Source: Squalus acanthias (taxonomy: Eukaryota). Taken from it: a stretch of 64,000 bases of DNA. Below the pieces are notes generated by a model. It was given only the letters and a program-made list of their open reading frames with translations. It was not told the DNA's origin and made no database searches. The stretch's first letter is position 1; every line of letters begins with the position of its first letter. The stretch spans positions 127,908,001 to 127,972,000 of the forward strand of contig CM059431.1 in assembly GCA_030390025.1 (NCBI GenBank), written 5' to 3'. The position numbers and the translations under genes are program-made. Shown here in pieces: positions 14,345 through 27,262 of the stretch.

Positions 14345-14838
14345 ATCCCGAAGGTACTCCCACAGTGCTGTTAGGGAGGGAGTTCCAGGATTTCGACCCA
14401 GCGACGATGAAGGATCGGCGATGTACTTCCACATCAGGATGGTGTGTGACTTGGAGGGGAACTTGCAGGTGGTGATGTTCCCATGCTCCTGCTGCCCTTG
14501 TCCTTCTGGGTGGAAGAGGTCGCGGGTTTGGGAGGTGCTGCCAAAGAAGCCTTGGTGAGTTGCTGCAGTGCATCTTGTAGATGGTACACACTGTAGCCAT
14601 GGTGTGCCGGTGGTGCAGGGAATGAATATTTAAGGTGGTGGATGGGGTGCCAATCAAGCAGGTTGCTTTGTGCTGGATGGTGTCAAGCTTCTTGAGTGTT
14701 GTTGGAGCTGCATTCATCCAGGCAAGTGGAGAGTATTCCATCACACTCCTGACTTGTGCCTTGTAGATGGTGGAAAGGCTTTGTGGAGTCAGGAGGTGAG
14801 ACACTCGCTGCAGAATACCCAGCCTCTGACCTGCTCTT
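14345..14838 (-). mobile_element. Non-LTR retrotransposon 3' fragment (RT C-terminal region)
   Basis: IYKAQVRSVMEYSPLAW..KKLDTIQ..WNSLP; same family at 20606-23320, 28540-28690 and 63040-63780. Confidence 0.8.
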
Positions 14839-15359
14839 AGAGTTATAGGGGTAAAAATTCAGTTGGTTGCGCCTCCCGTTAGCGCCTTAAATGGGCGCTA
14901 ATGGGGCGTTAAGGCGCTAACGCCCGGGCGCAGCGCTGTTTGCGCCGCTCGAGAACTTAACTTGAGATTGTGCGGCAGCGCTAAAACTTACCGCTGCGAC
15001 CACCTGCGCGCGCAGATTGTGACGTCAGTCCGTGGTGCAACGCCCTTGGGGCGCCCCGGAGCGGAAATTGAGTGGCGCCCCCTGCCTTACCGCCTGGCGC
15101 TTCCAACGACCGGAAGACTGGAACGTTATCAATCGGTCTGGGGCTGGGGGGGGCGCTATTTAAAGGGGGCCTCTTCCTGTCTTTTTCTGTGGTCGACATT
15201 TATGCACCACTCGTTCTGAGAGAGAGAGAGAGATTCGGAGAGAGAGAGAGAGAGACTTCTACATTGACTCAACGCTTTGTGAGGTAGTTTTGCCTAGTTC
15301 ATCCTAACTTTGCTGCTACTTTCGTTGCTGTACCTCATTACTTTTCTGGCAAAGAGAAG

Positions 15360-16520
15360 ATGGGGGCTGCAATGATTGGGGGCGTCGTCCTGCTCCAGCT
15401 CAATCGGAGCAGAGTGAGACGCAGACAGAGAGTGGCAATGATGGCCAGACGGAGGAGGCCCATCAGGCGCATGTACAGGAGAGCTTACCCTCCCAGGGTA
15501 TATCGTGAACAGCTCTCCTACATCCACATGTCCGAGGAGCTGTGTTTGCGAAGGCTGCGATTCAGCAAGGAGGTGGTCACTGAGCTCTGCCACCTGCTGC
15601 AGCCAGATCTGCAGCCTCAGCTGAGGTCCAGGACGTCTCTGTCGGTGGCAGTGAAGGTCACAGTGGCCTTGAACTTCTACGCCACTGGCTCATTCCAAGC
15701 TGCTGTTGGGGACCTCGCCAATATCTCCCAGTTTGCGATGCATCGCTGCATCCAGCAGGTCACCAATGCCCTCTTCACAAGGAGACGAGACTTCATCTCC
15801 TTCCCTATGACCCCAGACAAGCAGCATGACCGTGCTATGGGCTTTGCGAGGGTAGCGGGCTTCCCCATGGTGCAGGGCGCCATTGACTGCACGCATGTGG
15901 CTTTGCGTGCTCCGCGAGAGAATGCAGAGGAGTTCCGGAACAGAAAGGGGTTCCATTCCTTGAATGTGCAGTTGGTCTGTGACCACAGACAGGTGATTCT
16001 CGCTGTCAATGCCCACTATCCGGGCAGCTGCCACGATGCTTTCATCCTGCGCCAGAGTACTGTGGCAGAAATTTTCGAGGCACCGCATCAGCCAGTCGGT
16101 TGGCTTCTGGGGGACAAGGGGTACGCATTGAGCACCTGGCTGATGACACCGCTCCGTGCGCCAAACACCCCTGCTGAGCTGCGGTACCAGGAAAGCCAAC
16201 AAGCAACGAGGAACATTATTGAGCGCACAATCGGCGTGCTCAAACAACGATTCCGCTGTCTGGACCATTCCGGAGGAGCCCTGCAGTACTCGCCTGAGCA
16301 AGTTTCCAAATTCGTAGTGGTGTGCTGCATGTTGCACAACATGGCAATCCTCAGGACGCAGCCAATGCCACCAGGCCTTGCAGCACCACAAGAGGAGGAG
16401 GAGGAAGAGGAGGAACAGGCCGAGGACGATGATCAGCAGCAGCACCAAGGCAGGAGGGCGGCCCACAATGGTCAAACTGCAAGGGCCGTCCGTCAACGAC
16501 TAATAGCAAGCCGCTTCTAG
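15360..16520 (+). CDS. Harbinger DDE transposase (HARBI1-like nuclease), intact 386 aa
   Basis: Uninterrupted ORF with GAIDCTHV, NRKGFHSLNVQLVCD, GSCHDAFIL, LGDKGY, IIERTIGVLKQRFRCL, CCMLHN; lies inside TIRs. Confidence 0.93.
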   Translation: MGAAMIGGVVLLQLNRSRVRRRQRVAMMARRRRPIRRMYRRAYPPRVYREQLSYIHMSEELCLRRLRFSKEVVTELCHLLQPDLQPQLRSRTSLSVAVKVTVALNFYATGSFQAAVGDLANISQFAMHRCIQQVTNALFTRRRDFISFPMTPDKQHDRAMGFARVAGFPMVQGAIDCTHVALRAPRENAEEFRNRKGFHSLNVQLVCDHRQVILAVNAHYPGSCHDAFILRQSTVAEIFEAPHQPVGWLLGDKGYALSTWLMTPLRAPNTPAELRYQESQQATRNIIERTIGVLKQRFRCLDHSGGALQYSPEQVSKFVVVCCMLHNMAILRTQPMPPGLAAPQEEEEEEEEQAEDDDQQQHQGRRAAHNGQTARAVRQRLIASRF

Positions 16521-16814
16521 GGCCCCTGCCAGTGCTACAAACACGAATCAACCCAGCACGCAACCCCTAAGCCGGCCAAGGCACCAATAATTCCAACCAC
16601 CAGCCATGTATATTTTGAATACAGAAACTTATTTATTGTACAAACTCTGTGTGTGTCAATTCCTCATGACAAACTCATAGAAATAAACACAAAAAAACAG
16701 TCAATAATATAACTGGTTCTCACAACCTGGAGATAATGTCCAAAACACTAAACAAAAGTTGGGCCATGAAACTCGGCCTTTAATAAAAAAATGACCAGCA
16801 TTTTGGCACACCTC

Positions 16815-18723
16815 CTACTTTTTGCCCTTCGAGGGTGATCTCCTTCCCTTGCGCACTTCCCCCCTTCTAACCCTACTGCTCCTCCGTAATGGGACCTCAG
16901 TGGCTGCAGCAAGGCTGGTGGAAGGCTGCTGCTTGTCAGACCCTGACACTGCAGATGCCCCTGAAGGCCGGCCTCGACCACTTCTGGGCCTGGAGGGCCC
17001 GGCTGCAGACTGCACCAACTCTGCATGGGCGGCAGCAGTCTGTCCTACAGGCGGTGGCAAGTGCAGTGGAGAAGTGACAGTGTTGGCAGCAGGAATGCTG
17101 TCATCGTGAGAGAGGACAGCAACTCCCTGCTCGCCCGACACACTGGCACTCCCACGGGGCAGCACTTCAGCATCCGGAGCAATTTGCCTGAGAACAGATT
17201 GCTGGCCTGCTGCGGCGCGGTGACAGCCCCGGGGACATGTGCACGAACCATCGAGGATGGCAGCAGTCAGTGCTCGCGTGGCCTCAATCTGAGTCTGCAT
17301 GAGAGCAGGCTCAGATGGGTTCCTGGCAGCCAGTGACTGAATTGCAGCAGTAAGCTTTAGTGTGGCATCCGCCTGTGCTACAGCGAAGTGCTCCACACTC
17401 CTTGCCAGTGCCTCAATGCATTCGGGCACCCTTCCCACTGCACCCATGAGCTCAGTGTGCATGACCACCGCCTGGCTGTTCATTTCTGCAATCATCCGCT
17501 CCTCCTCTGCGTCCATTGCATCAGGAGTGTCTGGCATACTCTCCCTCTGGGGAGAAGGCTCCCGTTCTTCCCTCCCCCCCCCATGGCGTTGCTGCAGCCC
17601 GCTGGGTCCTGGAACTTCACCATCATCAGCCCCTTCCCCCCTGCTCCCCCGTTCTTCCCTCCCCCCCCATGGCGTTGCTGCAGCCCGCTGGGTCCTGGAA
17701 CTTCACCATCATCAGCCCCTTCCCCCCTGCTCCCCTCCGGGGAAGGCGTGTTCCCAGTGTGGCCATGGGCTTCCTCGGGAGAGGGTGGCACTGATGCTCC
17801 GGCTTCCTCTTCCTCCTCAGCTGCAGCATCACTCCCAGTGGCAGCTTCAGGGACCATCTCCTCAGCTGGTGAATCACCATCTGAAAGCAGGGAGGTACAA
17901 GAGTGGCTTTAGCGTGAGGACAGGGTGGCAGTAAGGGAGGAATAAGTGCAGCGAGTTAGCAAGTTGGATTGAAAGTGTCAAAGGCTGGTATTGTGAGGGA
18001 CAAGTGGAAGGACAGAGGACAAAAAGGTGATGACCTTACCATTGCTGTCCACAACGGGGTCGGCGTCTCCAGTGGCGACGGGACCGATCACCCGGCTTGC
18101 CACAATCCTGTGGACGCGCTCCTCCAGATCGCTGAGGGGTTGCAGCTGAAGCCGCCCTCCACCCGTCCGTTGCTGCTGTCTCCGATTATGAGCCAGCTTA
18201 GCCTGCAAGAAAAAGGACAGCATCTGAGTCAATATACAGCCATGGTCTTGCCTGATGTGCCTCCCATAGGTGAATAGCCCTTACAATATGCAGCCATGGT
18301 CTTGCCTGATGTGCCTCCCATAGGTGAATAGCCCTTACTGTATGCAAAGTGTGGAATGTGTGTGTGTGTTTGATGAAAGGGCCATAGGTGTTGAATGAGT
18401 GTTGTGCATTGGGGTTTTAAGACCCTCTGGCCATAGAGTGAGGTTGAGATGGAGGGATGGAGAGGTATTGAGAAAAAGCCACTCACCCTGACGACCCGAG
18501 TGAGGTCGTTGAACTTTTTGCGGCACTGGACATGGGTCCTGGGCACCATGCTCCTGGAGGAGACGCTCTGAGCCACCTCCCTCCACACTCTTCTGAACTC
18601 GCGTGGCAAAGGCCTCCTGCCACTCTCTGGGAACAGCATGCATCGTCTGCGCTCCACTGCGTCAACCAGAGCATCCAAGGCCCGCTCGGTGAAGCGATGA
18701 GCGCGTTCTCTCATCCTCTCCAT
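16815..18723 (-). CDS. Harbinger Myb/SANT-like accessory gene, 3 exons (18723-18487, 18202-18040, 17880-16815), one -1 frameshift in a G-run
   Basis: RFT..LDALVDAVE..W.EVA..RT..QCRKKFNDL motif; GT-AG sites in compatible phase (AGG|GTGAGT, TTGCAG|GCT, ATG|GTAAGG, TTTCAG|AT); spliced length 1466 nt, one short of a 488-aa frame. Confidence 0.8.
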
Positions 18724-19071
18724 TCTTGGCAGCAAAATGGATTACAGGTCTCTCCAGGCTGAGATTCAAGGCTGCAATGAGCAGGGTGAATCTTTGGCCC
18801 CCCCCGCTTTAAGAAGTGTCCGGCGCCAGTGTGTCTGTGTTACCGCGCTAACTGACAGCAGCTGCGCTGCGCTCGTGCGCTGAGTTAGCGCCTCACTCCT
18901 AGGCCTTTGCGCCTTAAGAGAGGTGTGCAGCGCCTAATTTAGCGCTCCACTCACCTCCCGGGGCGGTAAAAGTGAAGTTTCCTGTCAGTGCCGATAATTA
19001 GCGCCAGGCGCTAATATTTGCGCGCGGACGATATTTGCGCCCCAAATGGGGCGCGACCTAATTTCTACCCC

Positions 19072-20605
19072 ATAGAGTCATAAAGGCACAGAAGGAGGCC
19101 AATCGGCCCATCGAGTCTGCGCCGGCTCTCTGTAGAGCAATCCAGTCAGTCCCATTCCCCCACTCTATCCCCGTAGCCCTGCAAGTTTATTTCCCTCAAG
19201 TGCCTATCCAGTCTCCCCTTGAAAACATTGAGTGTGTCCGCTTCCACTACACGAATTCCAGGTCATCACCACTCGCTGCGTAAAATAGTTTTTGCTCACA
19301 TCTCCCCTGTATCTCTTGCCCAAAACCTTAAATCTGTGTCCCCTAGTCCTTGTACCATCAACTAGTGGAAACAATCTTTCCCTGCCTAGCCTATCTAAAC
19401 CTGTCATAATCTTGTACACATCTATCAAATCACCCCTCAACCTCCTTTGCTCTAATGAAAACAAATCCAGCTTCTCCAACCTGTCCTTGTAGCTAAGATC
19501 CCCCATCCCCGGAACCATTCTGGTAAATCTCCTCTGCACCCTCTCAAGGACCTTCACATCCTTCCTAAAGTGAGTTGACCAGAACTGGACGCAATACTCC
19601 ATTTGTGGCCTAACCAGTGCTTAAAGAAGGTTCAGCATAACTTCTCTACTTTTGTACTCAATACCTCTATTTATGAAGCCCAAGATCCCATATGCTTTGC
19701 TAACCACTCTCTCAATATGTCCTGCAACCTTCAGGGACCAATGCACATTAACTCCCAGGTCCCTCTGTCCCTGCACACTCTGTAAAACTGTGCCATTAAG
19801 TGTATATTGCCTCTCCCTGTTCCTTCTGCCAAAATGCATCACCACACACTTCTCTGTATTAAATTCCATCTGCCACTTGTCTGCCCATTCTGCTCGCCTT
19901 TCTATGTCCTGTTGCAGTCGATTGGTATCATCATCACTGTTTGCCACACCCCCAAGTTTGGTGTCATCGGCAAATTTAGAAATTCTACTCTATAATTCAA
20001 TATCCAGGACATTTATATATATCAAAAAAAGCAGTGGCCCCAGCACTGACCCTTGGGGAACACCACTGTCTACCATCCTCCAGTCTGAAAAACAGCCATT
20101 TACCACAACTCGCTGTTTTCTGTCCTTTAGCCAATTCCTTATCCAAGCTGCCACTGACCCACCTATTCCATGAGCCTCAATTTTGTTAACCAGCCTTCTA
20201 TGTGGCACTTTGTCAAACGCCTTCCGAAAATCCATATAGACAACATCCATTGCATTCCCTTCATCAATCCTCTCTGTTTCTTCATCAAAAAATTCAATTA
20301 GCTTAGTCAAACACGATCTGCCTTTTACAAATCTGTGTTGGCTCTCCTTAATTAGCTTAAACCTCTCCAAGTGCCCGTTAATTTTTTCCTTGATTATTGT
20401 TTCTAAACCTTTACCCACCACTGATGTTAAACTGACTGGCCTGTAGTTACTAGGATTGTCCTTACACCCTTTCTTGAACAATGGTGTCACATTTGCCACT
20501 TTCCAATCCTCAGGCACCTTCCCCTCATCTAGGGAAGATTGGAAAATTATGGCAAGCCCTTCTGCTATCTCCTTCCCCAATTACCTTAGCAATCTGGGAT
20601 GCAAG
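19072..20605 (-). mobile_element. CR1 LINE 3' fragment
   Basis: [50 protein letters not shown] motifs across frameshifted ORFs. Confidence 0.9.
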
Positions 20606-23320
20606 CCTCTTGTAGCCACAGTATTTATGTGGATGGCCCAGTTAAGTTTCTGGTCAATGGTGACCCCCAGGATGTTGATGGTCGAGGATTTGGTGATGGT
20701 AATGTCGTTGAATGTCAAGGGGCGGAGGTTAGACTCTCGCTTGATGGAGATAGTCATTGCCTGGCACATGTGTGGCGTGAAGGTTACTTGCCACTTATCA
20801 GCCCGAGCCTGAATTTCATCCAGGTCTTGCTGCATTCGGGCATAGACTGCTTCATTATCTGAAGAGTTGTGAATGGAACTGAACACTATGCAATCATCAG
20901 CAAACATCCCCACTTCAGGGAACTACAGGCCAGTTAGCCTGACATCAGTCATCGGGAAAATGCTGGAATCCATTGTTAAGGAAGTGGTATCAGGGCACTT
21001 AGAAAATCACAACATGATTAGGCAGAGTCAACATGGTTTTATGAAAGGGAAATCGTGTTTGACAAATTTATTAGAGTTTTTTGAGGATGTAACTAGCAGG
21101 GTAGATAAAGGGGAAACAGTGGATGTAGTATATTTGGATTTCCAAAAGGCATTCGATAAGGTGCCACATAAAAAGTTATTACACAAGATTAGGGCTCACG
21201 GGGTTGGGGGTAATATAGTAGGACGGATAGAGGATTGGTTAACAAACAGAAAACAGAGAGTAGGGCTAATGGATCTTTTTCAGGTTGGCAGGCTGTAACT
21301 AGTGGGGTGCCGCAAGGATCAGTGCTGGGGCATCAATTATTTACAATCTATATTAATGACCTAGATGAAGGGACCGAGTATAATGTATCCAAGTTTGCTG
21401 ATGATACAAAGCTAGGTGGGACAGTAAGCTGTGAGGAGAACACAAAGAGGCTGCAAAGGGAAATAGATAGACTAAGTGAGTGGGCAGTAAGGTGGCAGAT
21501 GGAGTATAATGTAAAGAAATGTGAGGTAATTCACTTTGGTAGGAAGAATAGAAAAACAGAATATTTTTTAAATGGTGAGAAACTTCAAATGTTGGTGTTC
21601 AGAGAGATTTGGGTGTCCTCGTGCAAGAAACACAGAAAGCTAGCATACAGGTACAGCAAGCAATAAGGAAGGCAAATGGCACGTTGGCCTTTATTGCAAG
21701 GGGGTTTGAGTGTAAGAGTAAGGAAGTCTTGCTACAATTGTACAGGGCCTTGGTGAGACCACACCTGGAGTACTGCGCACAGTTTTGGTCTCCTTATCTA
21801 AGGAAGGATATACTTGCCTTGGAGGCGGTGCAACGAAGGTTCACTAGGTTGATTCCTGGGATGAGAGGGCTGTCCTATGATGAGAGATTGTGTAGAATGG
21901 GCCTATACTCTCTAGAGTTTAGAAGAATGAGAGGTGATCTTATTGAAACATACAAGATTCTGAAGGGGATTGACAGGGTAGATGCTGAGAGGTTGTTTCC
22001 CCTGGTTGGAGTGTCTAGAACTAGGGGGCATAGTCTCAGGATAAGGGGTCGGCCACTTAAGACTGAGATGAGGAGGAATTTCTTCACTCAGAGGGTTGTG
22101 ACTCTTTAGAATTCTCTGCCCCAGAGGGCTGTGCATGCTGAGTCTTTGAGTAGATTCAAGGCTGAGATAGATAGATTTTTGGATTCTAAGGGAATCAAGC
22201 GATATGGAGATCGGGCGGGAAATTGGAGTTGAGGTCGATGATCAGCCATGATCTTATTGAATGGTGGAGCAGGCTTGAGGGGCCGTATGGCCTACTCCTG
22301 CTCTTATTTCTTATGTTCTTATGTTCTGACCTTATGATGAAGGGAAGGTCATTGATGAAGCAGCTGAAGATGGTTGGGCCTAGGACACTGCCGTGAGAAG
22401 CTCTTGCAGCGATGTCCTAGGGCTGAGATGATTGTCCTCCACAACTATAACCATCTTCCTTTGTGCTAGGTATGACTCCAGCCAGTGGAGAATGTTCCCC
22501 CTGATTCCCATTGACTTCAATTTTAATAGGGCTCCTTAATGCAACACTCGGTCAAATGCTGCCTTGATGTCAAGGGCAGTCACTCACACTTTAGCTCTTT
22601 TGGACCAATGTTGTAATAAGGTCTGGAGCCGAGTGGTCTTGGCGGAACCCAAATGGAGCATCAGTGAGCTGGTTATTGGTGAATAAGTGTCGCTTGATAG
22701 CACTGTCAACAACACCTTCCATCACTTCACTAATGATTGAGAGTAGACTGATGGGGCGGTAATTGGCCAGATTGGATTTGTCCTGCTTTTTGTTGACAGG
22801 ACATACCTGGGCAGTTTTCCACATTGTCGGGTAGATTCCAGTGTTGTAGCTGTACTGGAGCAGCTTGGCTAGAACCATGGCTTGTTCTGGAACACAAGAC
22901 TTCAGCACAACAGCCGAGATGTTGTCAGGGCCCATAGCCTTTGCTGTATGCAGTGCGCTCAGCCGTTTCTTGATATTACGTGGAGTGAATCAAAGACTGG
23001 CTTCTGTGATGGTGGGGCCCTCGGGAGGAGGCCATGATGGATCATCTACTCGGCACCTCTGGCTGAAGATGGTTGTATATGCTTCAGCCTTGTATTTTGC
23101 ACTTGCGTGCTGAGCTTCGTCATCATTAAGGATGGGGATGTTCATGGAGCCTCCTCCTCCCGTTAGTTGTTTAGTTGTCCACCACCATTCACAACTGGAC
23201 GTGGCAGGACTGCAGAGCTTGGATCTGATTTGTTGGTTGTGGGTTCGCTTAGCTTTGTCTATAGCATGCTGCTTCTGCTAGTTAGTATGCATGTAGTCCT
23301 GTGTTGCAGTACTATGGCCA
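20606..23320 (-). mobile_element. Non-LTR retrotransposon fragment split by a CR1 insertion (pieces ~20606-20915 and ~22326-23320)
   Basis: MFADDC and NYRPISLLSIIS..FGFRQ motifs on either side; sequence joins across CCCACTTC|TGACCTTATG. Confidence 0.75.
20916..22327 (+). mobile_element. CR1 LINE 3' fragment nested in another LINE
   Basis: [42 protein letters not shown]; (TTCTTATG)n tail. Confidence 0.9.
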
Positions 23321-23322
23321 GT

Positions 23323-24276
23323 ACCTGATGGGCAGTACCCCCTCTCCCTGGCCTCACCTGATGGGCAGAACCCCCTCTCCCCAGCCTCACCTGATGGGCA
23401 GTATCCCCATTCCCCGGCCTCACCTGACGGACTGCACAGCCTCTCCCTGGCCTCACCTGATGGGCAGTACCCCCTCTCCCCGGCCTCATCTGCTGGGCAG
23501 TACCCCCATCCCTGGCCTCACCTTATGGGCAGTACCCCCTCTCCCTGGCCTCACCTGATGAGCAGTACCCCCTCTCCCTGGCCTCACCTGATGAGCAGTA
23601 CCCCCTCTCCCTGGCCTCACCTGATGGGCAGTACCCCCTCTCCCTGGCCTCACCTGATGGGCAGTACCCCCTCTCCCTGGCCTCACCTGATGGGCAGTAC
23701 CCCCTATCCCTGGCCTCACCTGATGGGCAGTACCCCCCTGCCCGGCCTCACCTGACGGGCAGTACCTCCTCTCCCCGTCCTCACCTGATGAGCAGTACCC
23801 CCTCTCCCTGGCCTCACCTGATGGGCAGTACCCCCTCTCCCTGGCCTCACCTGATGGGCAGTACCCCCTCTGCCCAGCCTCACCTGATGGGCAGTACCCC
23901 CTCTCCCCGGCCTCACCTGATGAGCAGTAACCCCTCTCCCCAGCCTCACCTGATGGGTAGTACCCCCTCTCCCTGGCCTCACCTGATGGGCAGTACCCCC
24001 TCTCCCCGGCCTCACCTGATGGGCAGTACCCCCTCTGCCCAGCCTCACCTGACAGGCAGTACCTTCTCCCTGGCCTCACCTGACGGACAGTACCTCCTCT
24101 CCCCAGCCTCACCTGACAGGCAGTACCCCCTCTGCCCGGCCTCACCTGACAGGCAGTACCCCCTCTCCCTGGCCTCACCTGACGGGCAGTACCCCCTCTC
24201 CCCAGTCTCATCTGCTGGGCAGTACCCCCATCCCTGGCCTCACCTGACGGACAGTACCCCCTCTGCCTGGCCTCAC
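23323..24276. repeat. Minisatellite, 33-bp unit CCTCACCTGATGGGCAGTACCCCCTCTCCCTGG
   Basis: About 29 visible tandem copies; explains the MGSTPSPWPHL repeat ORFs. Confidence 0.95.
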
Positions 24277-25438
24277 TGGGTGGATAATATGGCAGCGGGA
24301 ACCATTTGAGACTCATCTTTCTGCAAGTGCGTCCTGGTGTCGAGCAACCAAACCGCCACCGAGACTGCACAACTGCACAAAGGAGATGCTGACTGGCAGT
24401 GGAAACTCATGCGCACACTCCAGCAGCAGCTCGGCAGTGGCCACTGGCTGCCATCTGACTCAGATACAGGTACAGTACTTGGAACATTTTCTGTGACCCA
24501 TATCCCATGTTTTGAGGTGTAAAATACACCAAGTAAATAGGGCCTGGTATATTGAAGGCTGTCTGCAGTTTGTCATTTGCGAGTTTTGTCATTTCAGAGT
24601 GCCTCTTGTATCTTTCACAATGTAAGTTATTTTGAACTGTCATGAAGTGTTCATTTTTTACAGCTGTCCATCGTTTGGTGGTGTCTTTTTCTTCCAGGTT
24701 TCACTGCACATTGTTTGGATATTAATTGATTAATGGATATATACAAACTATCTAATGTATTCAATACATAAGTACTGAATATAAATATCTCATCACCGAT
24801 GTACATGTATTTCTCATGGGATGAAGGATGATTATTTGTTGATAGGAGCTTTCAATTGCAATAATATGAGTTCTGTACATCGGCTTTAACTCGAGTTTTA
24901 TAATACCTCTGATTTAAGAATCAAAGACCTTTAACAACCAGTTCTTAGCAGGTTCCACAAAGAATGATATTTTAATTATAACCTGATTTGCAACTGCTAT
25001 TTCTTGACATTCAGCAATGGGAAAATCGCTTATTAATTCTATAAAATGACCCATAGATGAGGAATAATCATTTTCCTCTATACGTAAAATGAAAATAAAT
25101 TGCTAAATTGTCATTAGTTTATAATGACACTTTGGTTACAAAAATCATTAACTTGACTCTCAAGGAAACAATACATTTTTATCATTGGCATTCTTCGCAT
25201 GAAGCTTTGCACTGGGAGCACTAAAGATGAACATTTATTCTCTTCCCTGTGTGAAAGGAATTACAAAGGAGAATTCAAAAATTTCTCTTTAAAGTTAACT
25301 TTATAGGAATTTAAAAGTGTTTTCAGGATCCTTGCAAGGCATTGTAGTCCCGAAGATTTTAAAATGTAAGATTTAACTGAATTTGATATACGTGCATGTT
25401 GGAATCCAGTAAAATTGTAACATATAACCAAAAGAAAT

Positions 25439-27262
25439 GGGGCTAGAGTTCAGCTAGTTATAGCAACAACAACAACAACAATTTGTATTTATATAGCACC
25501 TTTAACGTAGTAAAACCTCCCAAGGCGCCTCACAGGAGTGTTATAAGAAAAAAATTGACACCGAGCCACATAAGAAATTAAGGCAGGTGACCAAAAGCTT
25601 GGTCAAAGAGGTAGGTTTTAAGGAGTGTCTTAAAGGATGAAAGAGAGGTAGCGAGGCGGAGAGGTTTAGGGAGGGAATTCCAGAGCTTAGGGCCTCGGCA
25701 GATGAAGGCAGAGCTACCGATGGTTGAGCGATTGTAATCAGGGATGCTCAAGAGGGCAGAATTTGAGGAGCGCAGATATCTCGGGGAGTTGTGGGGCTGA
25801 AGGAGATTACAGAGATAGGGAGGGGCGAGGCCTTGGAGGGATTTGAAAACAAGGATAAGAATTTTGAAATCGAGGCTTTGCTTAACCGGAAGCCACTGTA
25901 GGTCAGCGAGCACAGGGGTGATGGGTGAACGGGACTTGGTGCGAGTTAGGACACAGGCAGCCGAGTTTTGGATGACCTCATGTTTACGTAGAGTAGAATG
26001 TGGGAGGCCAGCCAGGAGTACATTGGAATAGTCAAGTCTAGAGGTAACAAAGGCATGGATGAGAGTTTCAGCAGCAGATGAGCTGAAGCGGGGCAGAGAC
26101 AGGCAATGTTACGGAGGTGGAAATAGGCGGTCTTAGTTATGCTGTGGATATGTGGTCAGAAGCTCATTTCAGAGTCAAATATGACACCAAGGTTGCGAAG
26201 AGTCTGGTTCAGCCTCAGACAAATGTTAGGGAGAGGAACGGAGTCAGTGGCTAGGGAGCGGAGTTTGTGGCGGGGACCGAAGACAATGGCTTTGGTCTTC
26301 TCAATATTGAATCGGAGAAAATTTCTGCGCATCCAGTACTGGATGTCGGACAAGCAGTCTGACAATTTAGAGACCGGGGAGGCGTCGAGAGAAATGGTGC
26401 TGAGGTAGAGCTGGGTGTCGTCAGTGTACATGTGGAAACTGATGCTGTGTTTTTGGATGATGTCACCAAGGGGCAGCATATAGATGAGAAATAGGAGGGG
26501 CCCAAGGATAGATCCTTGGGGGACCCCAGAGGTAAAGATGCGGGAGCGGGAAGAGAAGCCATTGCAGGTGATTTTCTGGCTACGAATAGATAGATAAGAA
26601 TAGAACCAGGCGAGTGCAGTCCCACCCAGCTAGAGGATGGTGGAGAGGCATTGGAGAAGGATGGAGTGGTCAACCGTGTCAAAGGCTGCAGTCAGCGCAA
26701 TCTGGGCGGAATCAGCTGAAGTAGCGCAAAAGATTGGGGAACCTTAAACATAAGTGAATTACGGCCAAAGCCACTTATGTTTGTGTTTCCCGTGATCTTT
26801 TATGCTGGTTCAAGATTGAATTCGCCTGGATCAGGCCCCGCCCACAAAAGTGGCCACGCCCCCGGTTGAAACTGCGAGAGTCCGCTGATTGCGCTGGTTC
26901 AGGAAGGTTCTTCAAATTAAACGGTTCAGTGTAGTTTTTTTAAAGTAATTTTCAGTGATTTTAAATCAGGTTACTCACAGGCTGGACATCCTTATTAAAA
27001 ATGCTGATAAACCCATTTTCAGCTCTATTAATAAAACTGCACCAGGTTACCACTCTTAAATACATCACAAAATACTTTTTAATGAAAAAAAAGCAAGTAA
27101 GTTCTATTACGCTGCCCGATTGCATTGGTTTATGGAAGATTTTACATTTGTGATTACACAAATGAATTTTAGTGGATAATGGAAGTGTAACCTAACCAGT
27201 GCAATTTCAAGTGCATTTTGGGCGCAATTTCCCGATTGTGCCCAAAGCAGAAACTCTACCTC
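25439..27262. mobile_element. Harbinger-type MITE interrupted near its left end by an L2
   Basis: Termini GGGGCTAGAGTTC / GAAACTCTACCTC are approximate inverted repeats. Confidence 0.45.
25463..26690 (-). mobile_element. L2 LINE 3' fragment
   Basis: YTDDTQLY, LRNLGVIFD, WLPVKQ..FKILILVFK, WNSLP..FKTLLKTYLF; (CAA)n tail on + strand. Confidence 0.9.

Larger units (their letters stand above)
14848..19071. mobile_element. Full-length two-gene PIF/Harbinger transposon
   Basis: TIRs GGGGTAAAAATT (14848-14859) / AATTTCTACCCC (19060-19071); 3-bp TSD ATA on both sides; convergent transposase and Myb-like genes; inserted in the microsatellite tail of a CR1. Confidence 0.95.

Noticed and set aside
15360..16520. 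Domesticated host HARBI1 gene
   Set aside because: Intronless ORF inside TIRs and TSD, paired with a Myb-like gene and with decayed relatives nearby, so it is a transposon copy
11584..24370. Repeat-rich ORFs at 11584-12465 and 23259-24370, and possible CRISPR-like arrays
   Set aside because: Head-to-tail minisatellites with no unique spacers and no cas genes, in eukaryotic context
24337..24522. Possible host coding exon
   Set aside because: No recognisable protein similarity and no convincing splice-site pair
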